DNA of 64,000 bases from Mobula hypostoma (taxonomy: Eukaryota): positions 28,460,001 to 28,524,000 of the forward strand of contig NC_086109.1 in assembly GCF_963921235.1 (NCBI RefSeq), in the 5' to 3' direction. Under the pieces are notes generated by a model. That model worked only from the letters and a program-made list of their open reading frames with translations. It ran no database searches and was not told where the DNA came from. A program made the position numbers and the translations under genes. This document shows, piece after piece, positions 12,371 through 26,589 of the stretch; positions within the stretch are counted from its first letter, which is position 1, and each line of letters begins with the position of its first letter.

Positions 12371-12986
12371 CATTGGCTGTGGATTTTGAAGAAATTATTG
12401 CCTTATCATGCTGAATAGACAAGGTGAACCTAACATTAATAAGTGGATCCTCTGTTACAGCCTAATAAGTGCCATATCAGTGCATTACTGAGAAAAGAAA
12501 TTAGGAGCATGATGCATTTAAATCATCTTTGTTAATGCAGAGTGGATTTCGCCAACAGTGAAAGGGTCAGAAGCCTCAATATCCATCTCTGAAACCACAA
12601 AATCCCGAGTGGAAGTAAGATAGGACTCCCTCAGAAGAAGATGCGGATATTGCTTTTTGAAAGGAAATGGTATTTCGGAGTAATTTAACTCGGACTGTTA
12701 GTAGCTACAGCTTTTAGGACAATTAAGTTGAAACTTCCTGGAAGGAGATTAACTGAGGCACAGAGACCTTATATTAGACTGTAAAACTTGCGAGTAACAT
12801 GCCTGAATGAAGCTCTTGTTTTAAGGTGCATCATAGTGAGCAAACAATAGGTTCACATGCAGGAAACTGATAGGAGAATGCTGCTATTTCATTTGAGGCC
12901 ATAAGTGCATTTTCATTGACAAATGGATAGCTTGCAAAGCCCACTGTCAATCTGATCCCATAGTTTTCCAATAGGCATTTTAATAC

Positions 12987-13824
12987 TAGAAACATAGAAA
13001 CATAGAAAACCTACAGAACAATACAGGCCCTTCGGCCCACAAAGTTGTGCCGAATATGTCCCTACCTTAGCAATTACTAGGCTTACCTATAGCCCTCTAT
13101 TTTTCTATGTTCCTTCTACCTATCCAGAAGTCTCTTAAAAGACCCTATGGTATCCGCTTCCACCACTGTTGCCAGCAGCCCATTCCATGCACTCACCACT
13201 CTCTGAGTAAAAAACTTACCCCTGACATCTCCTCTGTACCTACTCCCTAGCACCTTAAACCTGTGTCCTCTTGTGGCAACCACTTCAGCCCTGGGAAAAA
13301 GCCTCTGATTATCCACACTTTCAATGCCTCTCATCATCTTATACACCTCTATCAGGTCAACTCTGATCCTCCATCACTCCAAGGAGAAAAGGCCGAGTTC
13401 ACTGAACCTCTTCTCATAAGGCATGCTCCCCAATCCAGGAGACATCCTTGTAGATCTCCTCTGCACCTTTTCTATGGTTTCCACATCCTTCCTGTAGTGA
13501 GGCGACCAGAACTGAGCACAGTACTCCAAGTAGGGTCTGATCAGGCTCCTATATAGCTGCAACATTACCTCTCGGCTGTTAAACTCAATCCCATAATTGA
13601 TGAAGGCCAATACACCATATGCCTATGTAAACAGAGTCAATTTGTGCAACAGCTTTAAGTGTCCTATGGACTCAGAACCCAAGATCCCTCTGATCTTTCA
13701 CACAGCCAAGAGTCTTACCATTAATACTATATTCTACTATCATATTTGACCTACCAAAATGAACCACCTCACACTTATCTGGGTTGAGCTCTATCTGCCA
13801 CTTCTCAACCCAGTTTTGCATCCT
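12987..13824 (-). mobile_element. CR1 LINE 3' portion
   Basis: ORFs 13116-13346 and 13374-13610 (LYRSLIRPYLEYCAQFWSPHYRKD); (CATAGAAA)n tail. Confidence 0.9.
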
Positions 13825-15770
13825 AATATTGCTCCTTAAGCTTTGTGATATTTACCTTTGCATTGGGTAAGGCTCAATACAAACACTCTAAGAAAGAAGA
13901 ATAGCCCTTTTTGATCAGAGCCATCTCAGGGAAGAAAAACTACCATTATGTATTATTACAATTTTAACTAAAAATGTGAGATGTTAAATTAAAATAGCTG
14001 AAGTAAAATGCTAAAATTAATTTTAATGTTACTCTGCATGCAAAGAAGCATCTTTTTCAAGCGAATGTAGACTCTGTCATCAAAATGAAAGTTTTGAACA
14101 AAATACCAAAATTCAGTGCATTTATTTTCAACCTTCTGTTACGTTAACTCTCCTAACATAATGCACAATGACAATTCTGGCATTTCCATGACATTGTTTC
14201 TTCAATAATTTAATTACTTTAAACAAATGAACAGTTAATGCAGATCAGATAATCAAGTTCACATCAGGAACTGGAATCAGTTCTTTACCCTGTAAGTTGG
14301 GGAAGTCTGGAAATACAAAGCAGGATTAATGAAATGTTGAAACATTCTGAGAATTATTTTCACTGATTGTTTGCATTTTCTGATTGTTTTCCAAGATGGA
14401 AAGCAATCTTGGAAAAAGACCAAATTCGAGCAGATTATTCTGCTGGGAAAATGCTTTTTTTTTAATTTCTGGGTTTGGCATTCCCAGACTGATTTGCAAA
14501 AAAAAAATGACCCAAGAATAAAATATTTATTAATATGGTCAGCACCTACATTATGGGAAAGCAACTCTTTTAATGGGAAGAAAAGGTCTTAAGTATTAAC
14601 TTGTCAACTATTCAATGCAAATAATTTTTGACTGACATTTCTGTAATATTAATTTCACATTTCATACACATTACATAATTAAGAGAATCATATTTATTAT
14701 TCAGTGCTAGAAATGTTCTGAATAATGGAATGGACAATGGCTGAAAAGGAATAATAATAATCATGTCAATATAATTTGCAATGTATTTTGCAATAAAATA
14801 AGTTTGTACTAAAATGTCATAAATTTTTGTAACCAATATAATTTCAATTAGTCAAATAATAATTCAGATCTGGTAGAGACGGTAGTTTTTCAAAGCAAGA
14901 TTTAGACTGTTACAGAACTGCAGCAAGCAATATAGAATCATTGTGTAATCTTCCTTGTAAAAAATGACCCCCCCCCCAATAATTTGACCTCTATCTAGCT
15001 CAATCTTATATTTTAATTTGATAGTTGCAGTGGTACAGTTCATGTAACCCTATTACATTAGCAGATAGTCCATTGTCTGCTGCCAAACACAGAGATCCAT
15101 CCAATTTCTTTAAGAAGCTCATAAACTGATACTGAAACTACTTTAGACACTTTAAACTGCAATTTTCTGGATGATTTTAAGAGTCACCCAATGGAATTCC
15201 CTTCATGAATTTGCATTTATATGATATCTCAAAATGCCTCAAAGGAGATCCCAAAGCACTTGACATATCATCAGTTATTTTTGTGGCAATGTAGGTGAAT
15301 ACCAGAGTTATTTTGCATGTAGAAAGGTCCCACAAATAATAACTAGACAAATCATCAGCCAGTCTGCTTCTTATGGTCTTGACTTACTTATGTTAAAAAT
15401 CTCTCAAAGGGAATTAGAAAAACATCTTAGAGATGGATAATGTAAAATGCATTAGAACTCTTGATTTACGGGAGCAACAAAATCAAATTCTTGATGTATT
15501 AAATTGTAGAATTTCCTTTGTGTTCAGATCCATGATCATACATGTGGCAATTCTAAATTTGGGGTCATTGTTTCATTTAAAAAAAATGTCATCTCATTTA
15601 TTTTGCCTGTAATTCTTTTATGTGCAAATAAAAATATAAAAAAAGTGTGTAAGTTGGATATTTAAACTAAAAACAGAAAATGCTGGAAATATTCAGCAGG
15701 TAAGGCTACATCAGTTCTGTCTGATAATGGGCATTGACTTTAATGGGCATAATGATATTGACTTTAAAGA

Positions 15771-16559
15771 CTGTAAGACATAGGAGAAGAATTAGGCCAT
15801 TCAGCCCAGTTGTCTGCTCAACAATTCCATTATGGCTAATTTATTTTCCCTCTTAACCCCATTCTACTTTTTCCCCATAACCTTTGACACCGGTAAAATT
15901 CAAGAAGCTATCGGCTACTGCTTTAAATATACCCATTGACTTGGCCCCCAACAGCTGTCTGTGGCAATCTGTTCCAGAGGTTCACCAAACTCTGACTGAA
16001 GAAACTCCTCCTCATCTCTGTTCTAAAGGGATGACCTGTTTCGAGGCTGTGTTCTCTGATCCTGGACTCTCCCATTACTGGAAACATCCTGTCCATGCTC
16101 ACTCTACCTAGGCCTTTCAACATTTGGAAGGAGGTTTCAATGAGATCTTTCCTCATTATTCTAAATTCCAGTGAGTACAGGACCAGACTGATCAAAAGCT
16201 CTTCATATATTAACCCTTTCATTCCTGGGATCATTCTTGTAAAACTTCTCCTGACCCTTTTCAATACCTACACATCCTTTCTTAGATATGGGGCCCAAAA
16301 CAACTCACAAATCTCCAATTGTGTGCTGACCAATACCTTATAAAGCCTCAGCATTACTGAAATTCACAGTTTTTCTTTTCTCTAATATTATGTATTGAAT
16401 TGTGCTGCTGCTGCAAAGTTAACAAGTTTCACAGCATATGCCAGTGATATTAAACCTGATTCTGATTCCTTGCTTTTATATTTTAGTTCTCTTGAAATGA
16501 ATACTAACATTACATTGCCTTCCTTGTTACCAACTCAACCCACAAGTTAACCTTCAGGG
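15771..16559 (-). mobile_element. CR1 LINE 3' portion, interrupted by a short Rex1-type tail (about 16357-16468, +)
   Basis: ORF 15923-16264 is a CR1 C-terminus. The insert ends in (TCTGAT)n. Confidence 0.8.
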
Positions 16560-19500
16560 CAGTGGTCCCCAAAACCTTTTGAGTTACTGCCCCCTTGGCT
16601 CCCAGACCACAACCGCTGCGATCCTCAATGTTTCTGGCCATTACATAAAAACTATAAAGGATTTTGATTTACGATGCACAGTGAAAGAAAATAGGCGTTG
16701 CAATTTCAAAGCAGTGACTAATTGCAAAAAATATTCAAATCTATTTAGAGCCAGAAATAAAATTATTTCTCTATATAATTACGGTAAAATAATTTTCATC
16801 AACAATTTTAGAGCATACATTAGCAGTCCAACTATTCACTACATCATTGCTTTTACATCTTTCAGTGAAATGGATGGGCTTGGTGCAGTGATGTCGTATG
16901 TTTCTGCAAATAAAAGAAGTGAGCGTTTTACCTTTCATGAAACCAATAACACATTTTATTGAACTAAAGACAAAACTAAACACCTAAACACAAAAACATG
17001 CTAAAAATCCTTACATAACCACATCATCATGTCTGACCAGTCTCTTAAAGCAAAACCACAACTCAATGTCGGTGACTGTGAATTATGTATGTTTCTCCCA
17101 ATTATGTTACCCTACACAAGCCCTGCCCCCAGAATTCACTAAAACCAGCATTGTGAGTCTGTCTGGAGCTTGGACGAAACACCCTACTTGAGTCCTGTGT
17201 TCTTGGATGGAGGAACTGCAGCTGCCTTTGGCTTGTCCAGGGGTGCGCTGACATTCTCACGGTCATGTTGTGGTGCCAGGTCATGGCAGTGGAATACTCC
17301 AAATCTTGGTGGGCCAGTTTAAGGCGACCTACCAAAATGCATTCAGGTTTACCTCTCTTATCCATGATAAAAGTCTTTTCTCCACATTCCAAAACATGGA
17401 ACTGGCCATAATAAGGGGGCCTAAGGGGATGTTGGTGTGCGTCATGGTGGACGAAGACAAACAAAGCCGAATGTAGGTCAACGGGAACTCGAGTGCTGTA
17501 CGCCATGATGGGAGGTAGGAATAGGTGAAAAGGAATTGAATTTACTGAGGAGGGTGGAACGCTGTTAGGAGGCCAACCAAGCGGTAGTGGCATCAGGAAT
17601 GAAATTACCTGGCACCCGTAATGGCTGCCTGCTTGCTAACCCAGCCACGGATGATGAAACGTCTTCTTTTAGAGTAGTTCTGAGCTGCAGTAGGACCTAC
17701 GGGAGCCGATCGTACGAACACTCATCAGTCAGGGAATCCCTCAGAGCAGCCTTTAAGGAGTGGTGAAACCGTTCGCATAGGCCATTGGACTGCGGGTAAT
17801 ACACCATGGTGTGATGTAGCCTAATGCCGAGGTTCTAGGCCATTGCAGCCTAGTAGTCTGAGGTGAACTGGAGACACTGGAGTCAGAGAAAATATTAGGT
17901 GGGGTGCCAAACCCAGCAACTCAGGCACAGGTGAGCTCCCATGCCATGTCTGTGGGTGTCGTCGTAGAGGAATGCCCACTGGTCACCTGGTGGTACACTC
18001 CACCATGGTAAGAAGGTGCATGAAACTGCGAGTGGGGGGAGGAGGGCCAACAATGTCCACATTGACATGGTCAAACTGTCACTCAGGGACCTCAACAGGT
18101 GCCAATGAAGCCTGAACGTGACAGTTAATTTTTGCCCGATGGCAGTCCACACAACCTGCAGTCCAAACACACACGTCCTTTCTGAGACAGTGCCAAACTA
18201 ACTTCATGGCAACCAATTTCTGTGAGGCCTTCCAGCCTGGATGCAAGAGGCTACGTATGGAGTTAAAAACAGTTCATCTCCAGTTTGCAGGCACGAGGGG
18301 ACAAGTGTGACTGGTTGAGACAACGCACAGGAGAGAAACCCCAGCATCCCCAAATCTAATATCAGCCAACCGCAGGCCTGTGACTACTGATTGGTAAGCT
18401 TGGACCTCTGGGTTATTAACTTTGTCGGCTGCTGTGCCGGCATTATCAACCCCTATGTGTACGGCCTCAATGGTTGGCTGTGAGAGGCAATTGGCCACAG
18501 TATTATTTTTCCCTTTGATACGTCGTATATCTGTGGTGAATTCAGATATGCAGTCCAGGTAGAAATGCTGCTGGGCAGACCATATTTTGGCCACTGTGTG
18601 CACGAGGGGTTTGTGGTCAACGATCGTTGTGAAATGGCGACCCTCTGGAAGAAAATGGAAAAGGCAGACAGCCAGATAGAGAGCGAGAAGTTCACTGTCA
18701 AACGTGCTGTACCTCCTTTCCTGGGACAGAGATGGCGATCGAAGAAAGTGAGCGGCTGCCACACACCTTTGACCAACAGTACGTGCACGGTACCCACAGC
18801 CGGGTCTGTGGCGCTAGGTGTAATGGCTATGGATGTGTTGGGGAACTGGTGCTCCAGTAGGGTTGCATTAGAGAGAGCTCATTTGGTATCATCAAATGCC
18901 CTGGTCATGTTCGCTGACCAGTCAAGCCTTTGATTAGGAGTATTGCCTATAAGCGCATTATACAGGGGGAGTATAAGTTCAGCAGCTCTCAGAATGAAGT
19001 GGTGATAGAAATTATCATGCCTAAAAACTCTTAAGTTTTTTAGAAGTGCGGGGCGGTGGGAAATCCATAATAGCGGCTACTTTTGATGGGAGGGTTTTCA
19101 CACCTTCTGAGGACAAAATCTAAGTCTTTTAGTAGAGACTCCATCAGCCATTGTAGAGTATGTGCTGCATCTGTAAGTCCAAATGGCATGCGCAAGAACT
19201 CAAAAAGGCCGAACAGGATTATCACAGCTGCTTAGGGAATGTCCTTTGGGCACACAGGCACCTGATGGTAGCCCCTAACTAGATCAACTTTGGAATAAAT
19301 TAACTTTCGAACTAAACGTGTCGTAAAGTCTTGAATATGTGGGACCAGGATCGGGGTGGTGGCCTCACCACATGGGCAGCAACCACCCTCGGACTTTGGG
19401 ACCATATGGAGGAGTGAAGCCCAGGGGCTATTTGACCAGTGTACAATTTCGAGTCTCTTCATGTTGGCAACCTCACATTCAGTAACTTGCAGTCTGTTTC

Positions 19501-21003
19501 ATTACTTTGAAGGAAGTTAGGTGGGTGCACTAAATCTGTGCTCTGCTATATATGACATTGGAAAGACAATAAAAAACATCTTGACCTTTTTCCACAGTAC
19601 AGGATAGCGTTCAGAGATTCCTTTCTGCAACCTGTAGTCTTGATATGATTATTTGAATGTTGGCATCAGCTCAAAGTCATTCTGTAGTGAGATCAGTTCT
19701 TCCTCCATCTTCATTTTAATTCCTCCTTACCAAATATTCAGGGATGGATTTATTACCCAATCTGGAATTCGGATCAAGAGAAGATCATGAAACCTATCTG
19801 ACATGTCTTTGTTCAGCTCACCCAGGTGGGCACAGTATACTTGAAGATCATCATCTAGTATTCTTTCTTTCTCTTCCAACTCAGAGAAGGTCAGAAATTG
19901 CAGAAGGTTGCAAAGGCCATTGTTGCATTTAAATACGGTTTACTTGGACTGAGATGTGATAATGACTGATTTAACTTTCATAAGATTCACATCAGCTCCT
20001 TGCAATTAAAGATTGATTTGACTAAACATTGCAAATAATTCTGACAAATAAGCAATTTCATACCTCATATTCTTGAGTTGATTTCTGAATGAAACATATG
20101 AGTTGTCAAAGAATTTTATCATAGTTTCAAAAAGCACATAAAAGCATGTCCTTTTGAGAGCCACCTGACTTCTATGTGCAACAGCAAGATTTCAAACTGT
20201 TTGTCATTTTCAATACAAAGTTCCCAAATAGTCAAGAATTGAGAGCATGGGGTTGATTTTATTTACCACTGTGATAACAGTGTTTAATGATCTGTGTAGC
20301 TGATCACTTAGTTTTCTTTGTGACAAGATGTTTTCAGTGAAATACACAATGAATAGTAAATTTGTTAGGTACAGCTTTTTCCAATAAAGTAATAACCACT
20401 TGGTGGCATCATGTCATTGATAATGCCCTATTTGTTGCACAACTAAGAATGTTGGTGAGTTAAATGTCTTCCTTTTTGAAAAGTTGCTCAATAACCCAAA
20501 AAACTGAATTCCCCTACATATATGTTTCTAGTCCCCTTGTAAATAACAACTCTTGAACCGGGCTTTCATCTTTTCTGAAGTGAATATAACCAAGAAGCAG
20601 AGATTCATTGCCTGGCATAGTTGACTCATCCAACTGCAGAGTAAATTCTGTTGTGCTAAATATGTTGCACAATGTGTCTTCAACGTTCTCAGACATTTCA
20701 TCTGTTCATTTTTGAACATCGTTGTCGTTGATTGGAATTGCTTTAATTATTCAGTCTGATGACTTTTGCAAAACTGTACTCAGAACCTCCCTTACTGCTG
20801 GCAGAATCAATTCTTCTCCAATTTTATGGGGCTTTCCAGATTTAGCAATGAGCAAGGAAATGTTATATAAAGCACTCAAACCAACATTGTTCTGTTATGA
20901 AGTGCTGGCAAACATGTTTTGAAGAGTTTTCTGTTTCAGAAAGTTTTCATGAAGTAACTGAAAATAAGCCAAGTTCTTGTTTGCTTTATCAGAGTGTATT
21001 CTC
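16560..21003 (-). mobile_element. hAT (Buster/Charlie-type, ZBED5/SCAND3-like) transposon remnant, split by a Gypsy fragment
   Basis: Terminus CAGTGGTCCCCAA at 16560. Decayed transposase at about 19475-21003: AKSGKPHKIGEELILPAV, FTLQLDEST..ESLLLGYI. The second TIR was not found. Confidence 0.75.
17105..19472 (-). mobile_element. Gypsy LTR-retrotransposon pol fragment (RT, RNase H, integrase, PPT), decayed
   Basis: SNSPWAS.LHMVPK, YSKVDLVRGYHQVPV, FGLFEFLRMPFGL, ERRYSTFDSELLALYLAV..DHKPL, YPQSNGLCERFH. G-rich PPT followed by TGTAGG at about 17105-17130. Confidence 0.85.
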
Positions 21004-21105
21004 ATCAGATATTCCTAGTGCAGGATTCCCTAAAGTAATGTTTCCTGAAGTGGGTGATGTCACCTCCTTGGGGGTGGAGGAACTTAGTAGAATGAATAAT
21101 GGTGT

Positions 21106-21390
21106 TCACTATTTGTACCCCACATCCTGGCTACTGTTTGGAGGCCTGCATATTATTCCCATCAGGGTCCTTCACTCATGCAGTTTATTAACTCTATCTG
21201 CAAGAATTCTACATATTCTAATCCTATGTCACTTCTTTCTGAGGATTTGATTTCGTTTTTTACCAACAAAGCCACTTTATCCCCTCTGCCAACGTACGAT
21301 CCTTTCGATACAATGTGTATTCATGGATGTTAAGCTCCCAGCTGTGATCTTCTTTCAACCACAATTCAGTAATACCTACCATATCACTAC
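21106..21390 (-). mobile_element. CR1 ORF2 endonuclease fragment
   Basis: Minus strand approx. VTETWL..DHSWELNIH.YTLYRKDR..GRG..VAL..LMGIICRPPNS. Confidence 0.6.
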
Positions 21391-22279
21391 TGTGACTGAA
21401 ACCCTATTTTACTGCCAATTTCAAACAGTATTATTAGATCATCTACCCTATTATATATACAGTTTGCAATCAAATATAACACCTTCATTCACTGTTCACA
21501 CCCCCCACCCCGTTTCTATTTCGTCTGTATATTGCCTGAAGTTAAATTCTTATCCTTTCTGGAAGGGTATTGAGATTTGGAAACAAATCCTTGGGGATCT
21601 AAAACTGTTAAGTTTGAAAGATATAAGTGTATGGGACAGAACATAGCTGCCATCGGGGCTATCTTGGTGCGATGAGAATGACCCTGGTGTGTCACAGCTA
21701 TGGCAATGATGGTGCTGAAACTTAAATTGGGAGTGTAAGTGAATGAAAAATCATAAAGTGCACCTAAAAATGATGTAGTTGCTTTCTTTTCTGGGTGGGG
21801 GTGGTTGACAGCGGGGAAGGAAGTGATGTTTAGTATGAAGAAGGAACGGGAATGCAAAGGATACTTTCAGTGTTTAGGAGCTCGTGAACACAAGAGAGCT
21901 GTATTCTCTAAAATACTTCACAGTAATGTTAAAAATCTTAGACTGAACCCCTCTTCCTTATTATTTGGCATGAAATTTTGGGCAATAAATCCTGAAGTCA
22001 TTGCTCAAGATTAACTTTAAAAATAGTAAAATAGTGCTTCTGTCAGAGCAATAGGAAGCATTTGTCAATATTAAATGGGCCTCCTCAAATAGAAAGGGAT
22101 AAATGAGTAGTAGGCACTGCTGCTTTGAAGATGAAAGTGTTGATAGCCAGGAGAATAAGATGGGTAGTCAGCAACATAGGACAAAGCTAACACGTTCCTT
22201 ACCTATGGATGGCATTGGGTCCAGCAGCATCATTCATATTAAAGACAAAACTGCAATGTCTGAGGTGTATTGAAAGAGA

Positions 22280-22560
22280 TTTTCAAAGATTAACTTTGTC
22301 TGTCATGTGTATATTGAAACATCCAGTGAAATGCGTCATGTGTGTCAAATTAATCCGTGAGGATTGTGCTGGGCAGCGCACCAGTGTCACTGCATTTCCA
22401 GTGCCAAGACAGCATACTCATTGCTCACTATCCCTGAATGTACGTCTTTGAATGTGGAAGGAAACGGGAGCATCCCGAGGAAGCCCGTGCGGTCACGGGG
22501 AGAAAGTACAAACTCTTTATGGACAGCTGCAAGGTGATGTGCTAACCGCTACACTACTGC
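22280..22560 (-). mobile_element. V-SINE (HE1-like)
   Basis: Minus strand V-domain: GAGTTTGTACTTTCTCCCCGTGACC..GGGCTTCCTCGGGATGCTCCCGTTTCCTTCCACATTCAAAGAC. Confidence 0.7.
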
Positions 22561-23163
22561 ATCACCCCTTGGTTATGTACCATGGTTGAGAGATAGGTAA
22601 GGTCTTTATAACAGTAAGTATGATAGACAGGCATGACAAAAAATTTCAGCAACAGGAAAACATAACTGGAAATAAGGCTCACTTTGTTATGTCAGCCGAC
22701 AGTTTCTTGGATGAGAGAGAGGCATTTGCAAGATTGGACATGATTATATCATGATTTTAATCCCAGACAAATGATGCAACCTGTAAGAGACATTTTTGCT
22801 GCTCGCTAGTGGAATGTGAGGCTGTCCATCTCCTGTTATTCTTTCAACTGACTGACTTGCTGAGCCATTAAAAATCAATAACATTGCTGTGGGCTGGAGA
22901 TCACCAAAAGGCTCAGACCAGGTCAGCAAGGTAGATTTCCTTCCCTCAAGGATGTTATTGAATGAGTGACACACATGGTATTTTGATAATAGCCCACCAG
23001 TTTCATGGTTATAATTTCTGACACTTTTCTTTTACCCTAGAGTTATTTAATTAACTGAGCTCCAGTTGCTGAACCACTGTGGTGCATCTGCTGTGCCTTC
23101 CTGGGCCCTTGAAAAAAAACTATCCTGCAGACATACACAGAAACTGTATTGAGCCACCATTAT

Positions 23164-23500
23164 ACAGTTAGTGGCCACTTTATTAGATTCCTCCTGTATA
23201 TATTAAAGTGGCTGCTAAGTGCATGTCCATGGTCTTCTGCTGCTCTAGCCTGTCTACTTCAGGTTTTGACGTGTTATGCATCCAGCAATGCTCTTCTGCA
23301 GCCCACAGTTGTAAAACATGGTTACTAGGTTGTCTTAATGTCAGCTTGAACCTGTCTGGCCATTCTCCTCTGACCTCTCTCTCAGTAACAAGGCATTTTC
23401 ACCCTCAGAATTGACACTTACTGGATTTTTTTTTTTTTTTTGTTTTTTTACACCATTCTCTGTTAATTCTAGAGACTGCTGTGCATGAAAATCCCAGGAG
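23164..23500. mobile_element. Tc1-derived non-autonomous element fragment
   Basis: AGTGGCCACTTTATTAG terminal motif; same family as 25560-26096 and 60550-60903. Confidence 0.6.
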
Positions 23501-23767
23501 CTTAGGTTTCAGGTGAGACACATGATTACAAGTTTCAGATCTAAATTCCATCTTTGGTTACTTGAAAAAATCTCCAGTACCATATGGATCAATTCTGTCT
23601 CGTCTCCCATGAAATTTGTTTCCAATTACAAACGTTCGTACTTCACAGAATTTAATTTCAGAAACAGCACTACTTGTTCAAAAAAAAGTGCATGAATTTT
23701 TACCATTACTTAATTAAATATGCTATTTCTTGATTCCATAAAATTTCCTTTTATTTTTGGAAATTAG

Positions 23768-25387
23768 GGATTCCGGTTAATTGAGACACATTGGGACTAG
23801 TACATTTTGGCCCAATTAAGCAACTGCCCCATTTATGATTTAATGGAAATAGTTAAAAATGTTTAGAAAAGAAAATCTGAGTGAGAAATTGTGTATGTAA
23901 ATGAAATACAGAACAAATTAGAAAACCACCAATATTACTACAGTGCTATAAAGTTGTATTATTTTCTAACAATTATTGATGAGGGAATTCATTCAATGAA
24001 CAAAACAGCATAGACACCTTATGCAGATAATGGACTATTTTCATTCAATGCTATTGACAATTGCATTCTCCAAATCTTCATCTTCATTGTAACATTCAAG
24101 GTGATTGTCAATACCTTCAAATACTTCATAGTTCCCAAGTCATTAAAGTAGTGAAGTCATTTCATTTTCACTCCCGGCTGTTTCAGGCATCTCCAAGACT
24201 GAATGAATGAAACCACAGTGTCATAGACTCATTGAGTCATAACAAAGTACAGCACAGATACAGACCCTTCTTCCCATCTAGTCCATGCTGACACACTTAA
24301 ACTGCCTACTCCCAGGACCAGGACCATAGCCCTCAATGCCCCTACTATCTAAATACCAATACAAACTTATCTTAAATGTTGAAATTAAGCTCCCGTGCAC
24401 CACCTGCGCTAGTAGCTCATTTCACACTCTCACGACCCTCTGAGTGAAGAAGTTTCCCCTCCAGTTCCCTTCAACATTTCACCTTTCACTCTTAACCCAT
24501 CACCACTGATCGTAGTCCTACCCAAACTCAATGGAAAAAGCCTGCTTGCATTTATCCTATCTATACCCCTCCAAATTTTGTATACTTCTATCAAATCTCA
24601 TCTTAATCTACATTCCAAGGAATAAAGTCCTACCCTATTCAATCTATATTTATAAATCAGATCCTCCAGTCCCAGCAACACCTTTGTAAATTTTCTCCAT
24701 ATTTCAACTTTATTTATATCTTTTCCGTACGTAGGTGACCAAAATGACACACAATATTCCAAATTAGACCTCACCAGTGTCCTATATAGCTTCAACGTAA
24801 CATCCCATCTTCTTTAGTAAATACTTTGACTTATGAAGGCCAATGTGCCAAAAGCTTTCTTTGCGACTCTATCCACCTGTGACCCTACTTTCAATAAATT
24901 ATGGACCTGTATTTCCAGATCCCTTTGTTCTACAGCTCTCCTCAATACCCTACCATTCACTGTGTAAGACCTACCCTGGTTGGTCCCACTGAAGTGCAAC
25001 ACCTTGCACTTGTCTGCATTAGATTCCATCTGTCATTTTTTCAGCCCACTTTTCAATGAGCAAAACAGTTCTGAATTGTCTTACTTATTTCTCACCAACT
25101 ATGTGCCAAAAATTACTGCTTTTTGAACCCAAGTAAACATAACTGATGCTATTTAAAAATTGTTCATTCTAAACATGATGTTGTGCCCAACGGACACACA
25201 GTGCAAGTGGCTGACGTTAGTCAGAACCTGTTCAGCATGTCTTCTGCCCCAATTGAGCAGCATAGTGTCCCAAATAAATGAAGGAAATCCCAGCAATTTT
25301 CTTGATTAATTTTTGTTCCTTAAGAATTGTCCCAGATAGGCAGCTGTGCCAACTTAACAATGGCCCAATTAACTTGAATTCACTGTA
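23768..25387. mobile_element. Tc1/mariner (Tigger-like) MITE split by a CR1 insertion
   Basis: Left GGATTCCGGTTAATTG.. and right ..CAATTAACTTGAATTCACTG|TA form degenerate TIRs ending at TA. Confidence 0.55.
24222..25055 (-). mobile_element. CR1 LINE 3' portion
   Basis: ORFs 24598-24795 and 24814-25029 (NADKCKVLHF..EQRDL..; LYRTLVRSNLEYCVSFWSP). Confidence 0.85.
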
Positions 25388-25559
25388 CTTAAAAGAAGAC
25401 TTTCTAATTGAGGTGACAAAAGACTAAGAAAGATAAAAAATATTCTTCAAAACACCAGAGTTGAGGTCAAATATTTAATCTCAAAAAGAAATCAATTACT
25501 GTTGTATAATTCTTATTATCATAATATAGAAAGGATAGAAATACAATATCGAGAATGTC

Positions 25560-26096
25560 ATTCAGAGTGGCCACTGATTGTATGTACATGGTCTTCTGCT
25601 GCTGTAGCCCATCCCTTTCAAGGTTTGCCATATTGGACATTCAAGAATACTCTTCTGCACACCACTGTTGTAATGTGTGGTTATTTGATTTACTGTTGCC
25701 TTCCTGTCAGCCTTTGAACCAGTCTGGTCATTCTCCTCTGACCTGTCTCATTAACAAGGCATTATCACCCACAGAACAAGTACTCACTGGATGTTTTTTT
25801 CTTTTGGTTTCTCACACTATTCTTATTGAACTTCTGAGACTGGTGGGTACGAAAATCTCTGAAGATCAGCAGCTTCTGAGATACTCAAACCACCCTGTCT
25901 GGCACCAATAATCATTCCAATGTTAAAGTCACTTAGATATCATTTCTACCCCATTCTGATGTCTGGTCCGAACAGCAGCTGAACTGTTGACCACGTCTAC
26001 ATGTTTTTACGTATTGAGCCACATTATTGGTTGATAACATATTTGCGTTAAGGAGCAGGTATTCCAGTATACCTAATAAAATGGCCACTGAGTGTA
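25560..26096. mobile_element. Tc1-derived non-autonomous element
   Basis: Ends in CTAATAAAATGGCCACTGAGTG|TA; internal decayed Tc1 HTH sequence on the minus strand. Confidence 0.65.
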
Positions 26097-26589
26097 CACA
26101 AAGATCAGTGAATGAAGCAGTTCATTAGAATGGGATCACCAGTGATATTGGGATTGTTCTTAACTTTGAATTGCACACATCTTTTAGGATGCATGAATTA
26201 GGAAGAAGCCTAAGCACTGAGCTTCATTATTAATGAAGTGAATCATCTGTCTATTACTTCAATTACTTTAAGCTGTAAGCAATAGGAATATATTAAAAAT
26301 GAGTGCAGTGTAAATGATACTTGGAATGAGAGTTTGTAACCGCAGAGGGATGTAATTATTTATTGATCGTTAATTTGAAAACTCTTGAAAAAAACTTAGC
26401 TGAGGAAAAGCAATCAGAAAACACATTCAGCTTCAAAATTGATTAATAATGATATAGCTGAAAAGAATCCAAGAAAAACATATTATTACAAATAAAAATA
26501 CTATGCTCAAATAACAAACATTTTAATTAATATTCATACTTTAAAATATTTGCCAATAATGGCTGGTTCATGGAGAGTCAAACTGACAT

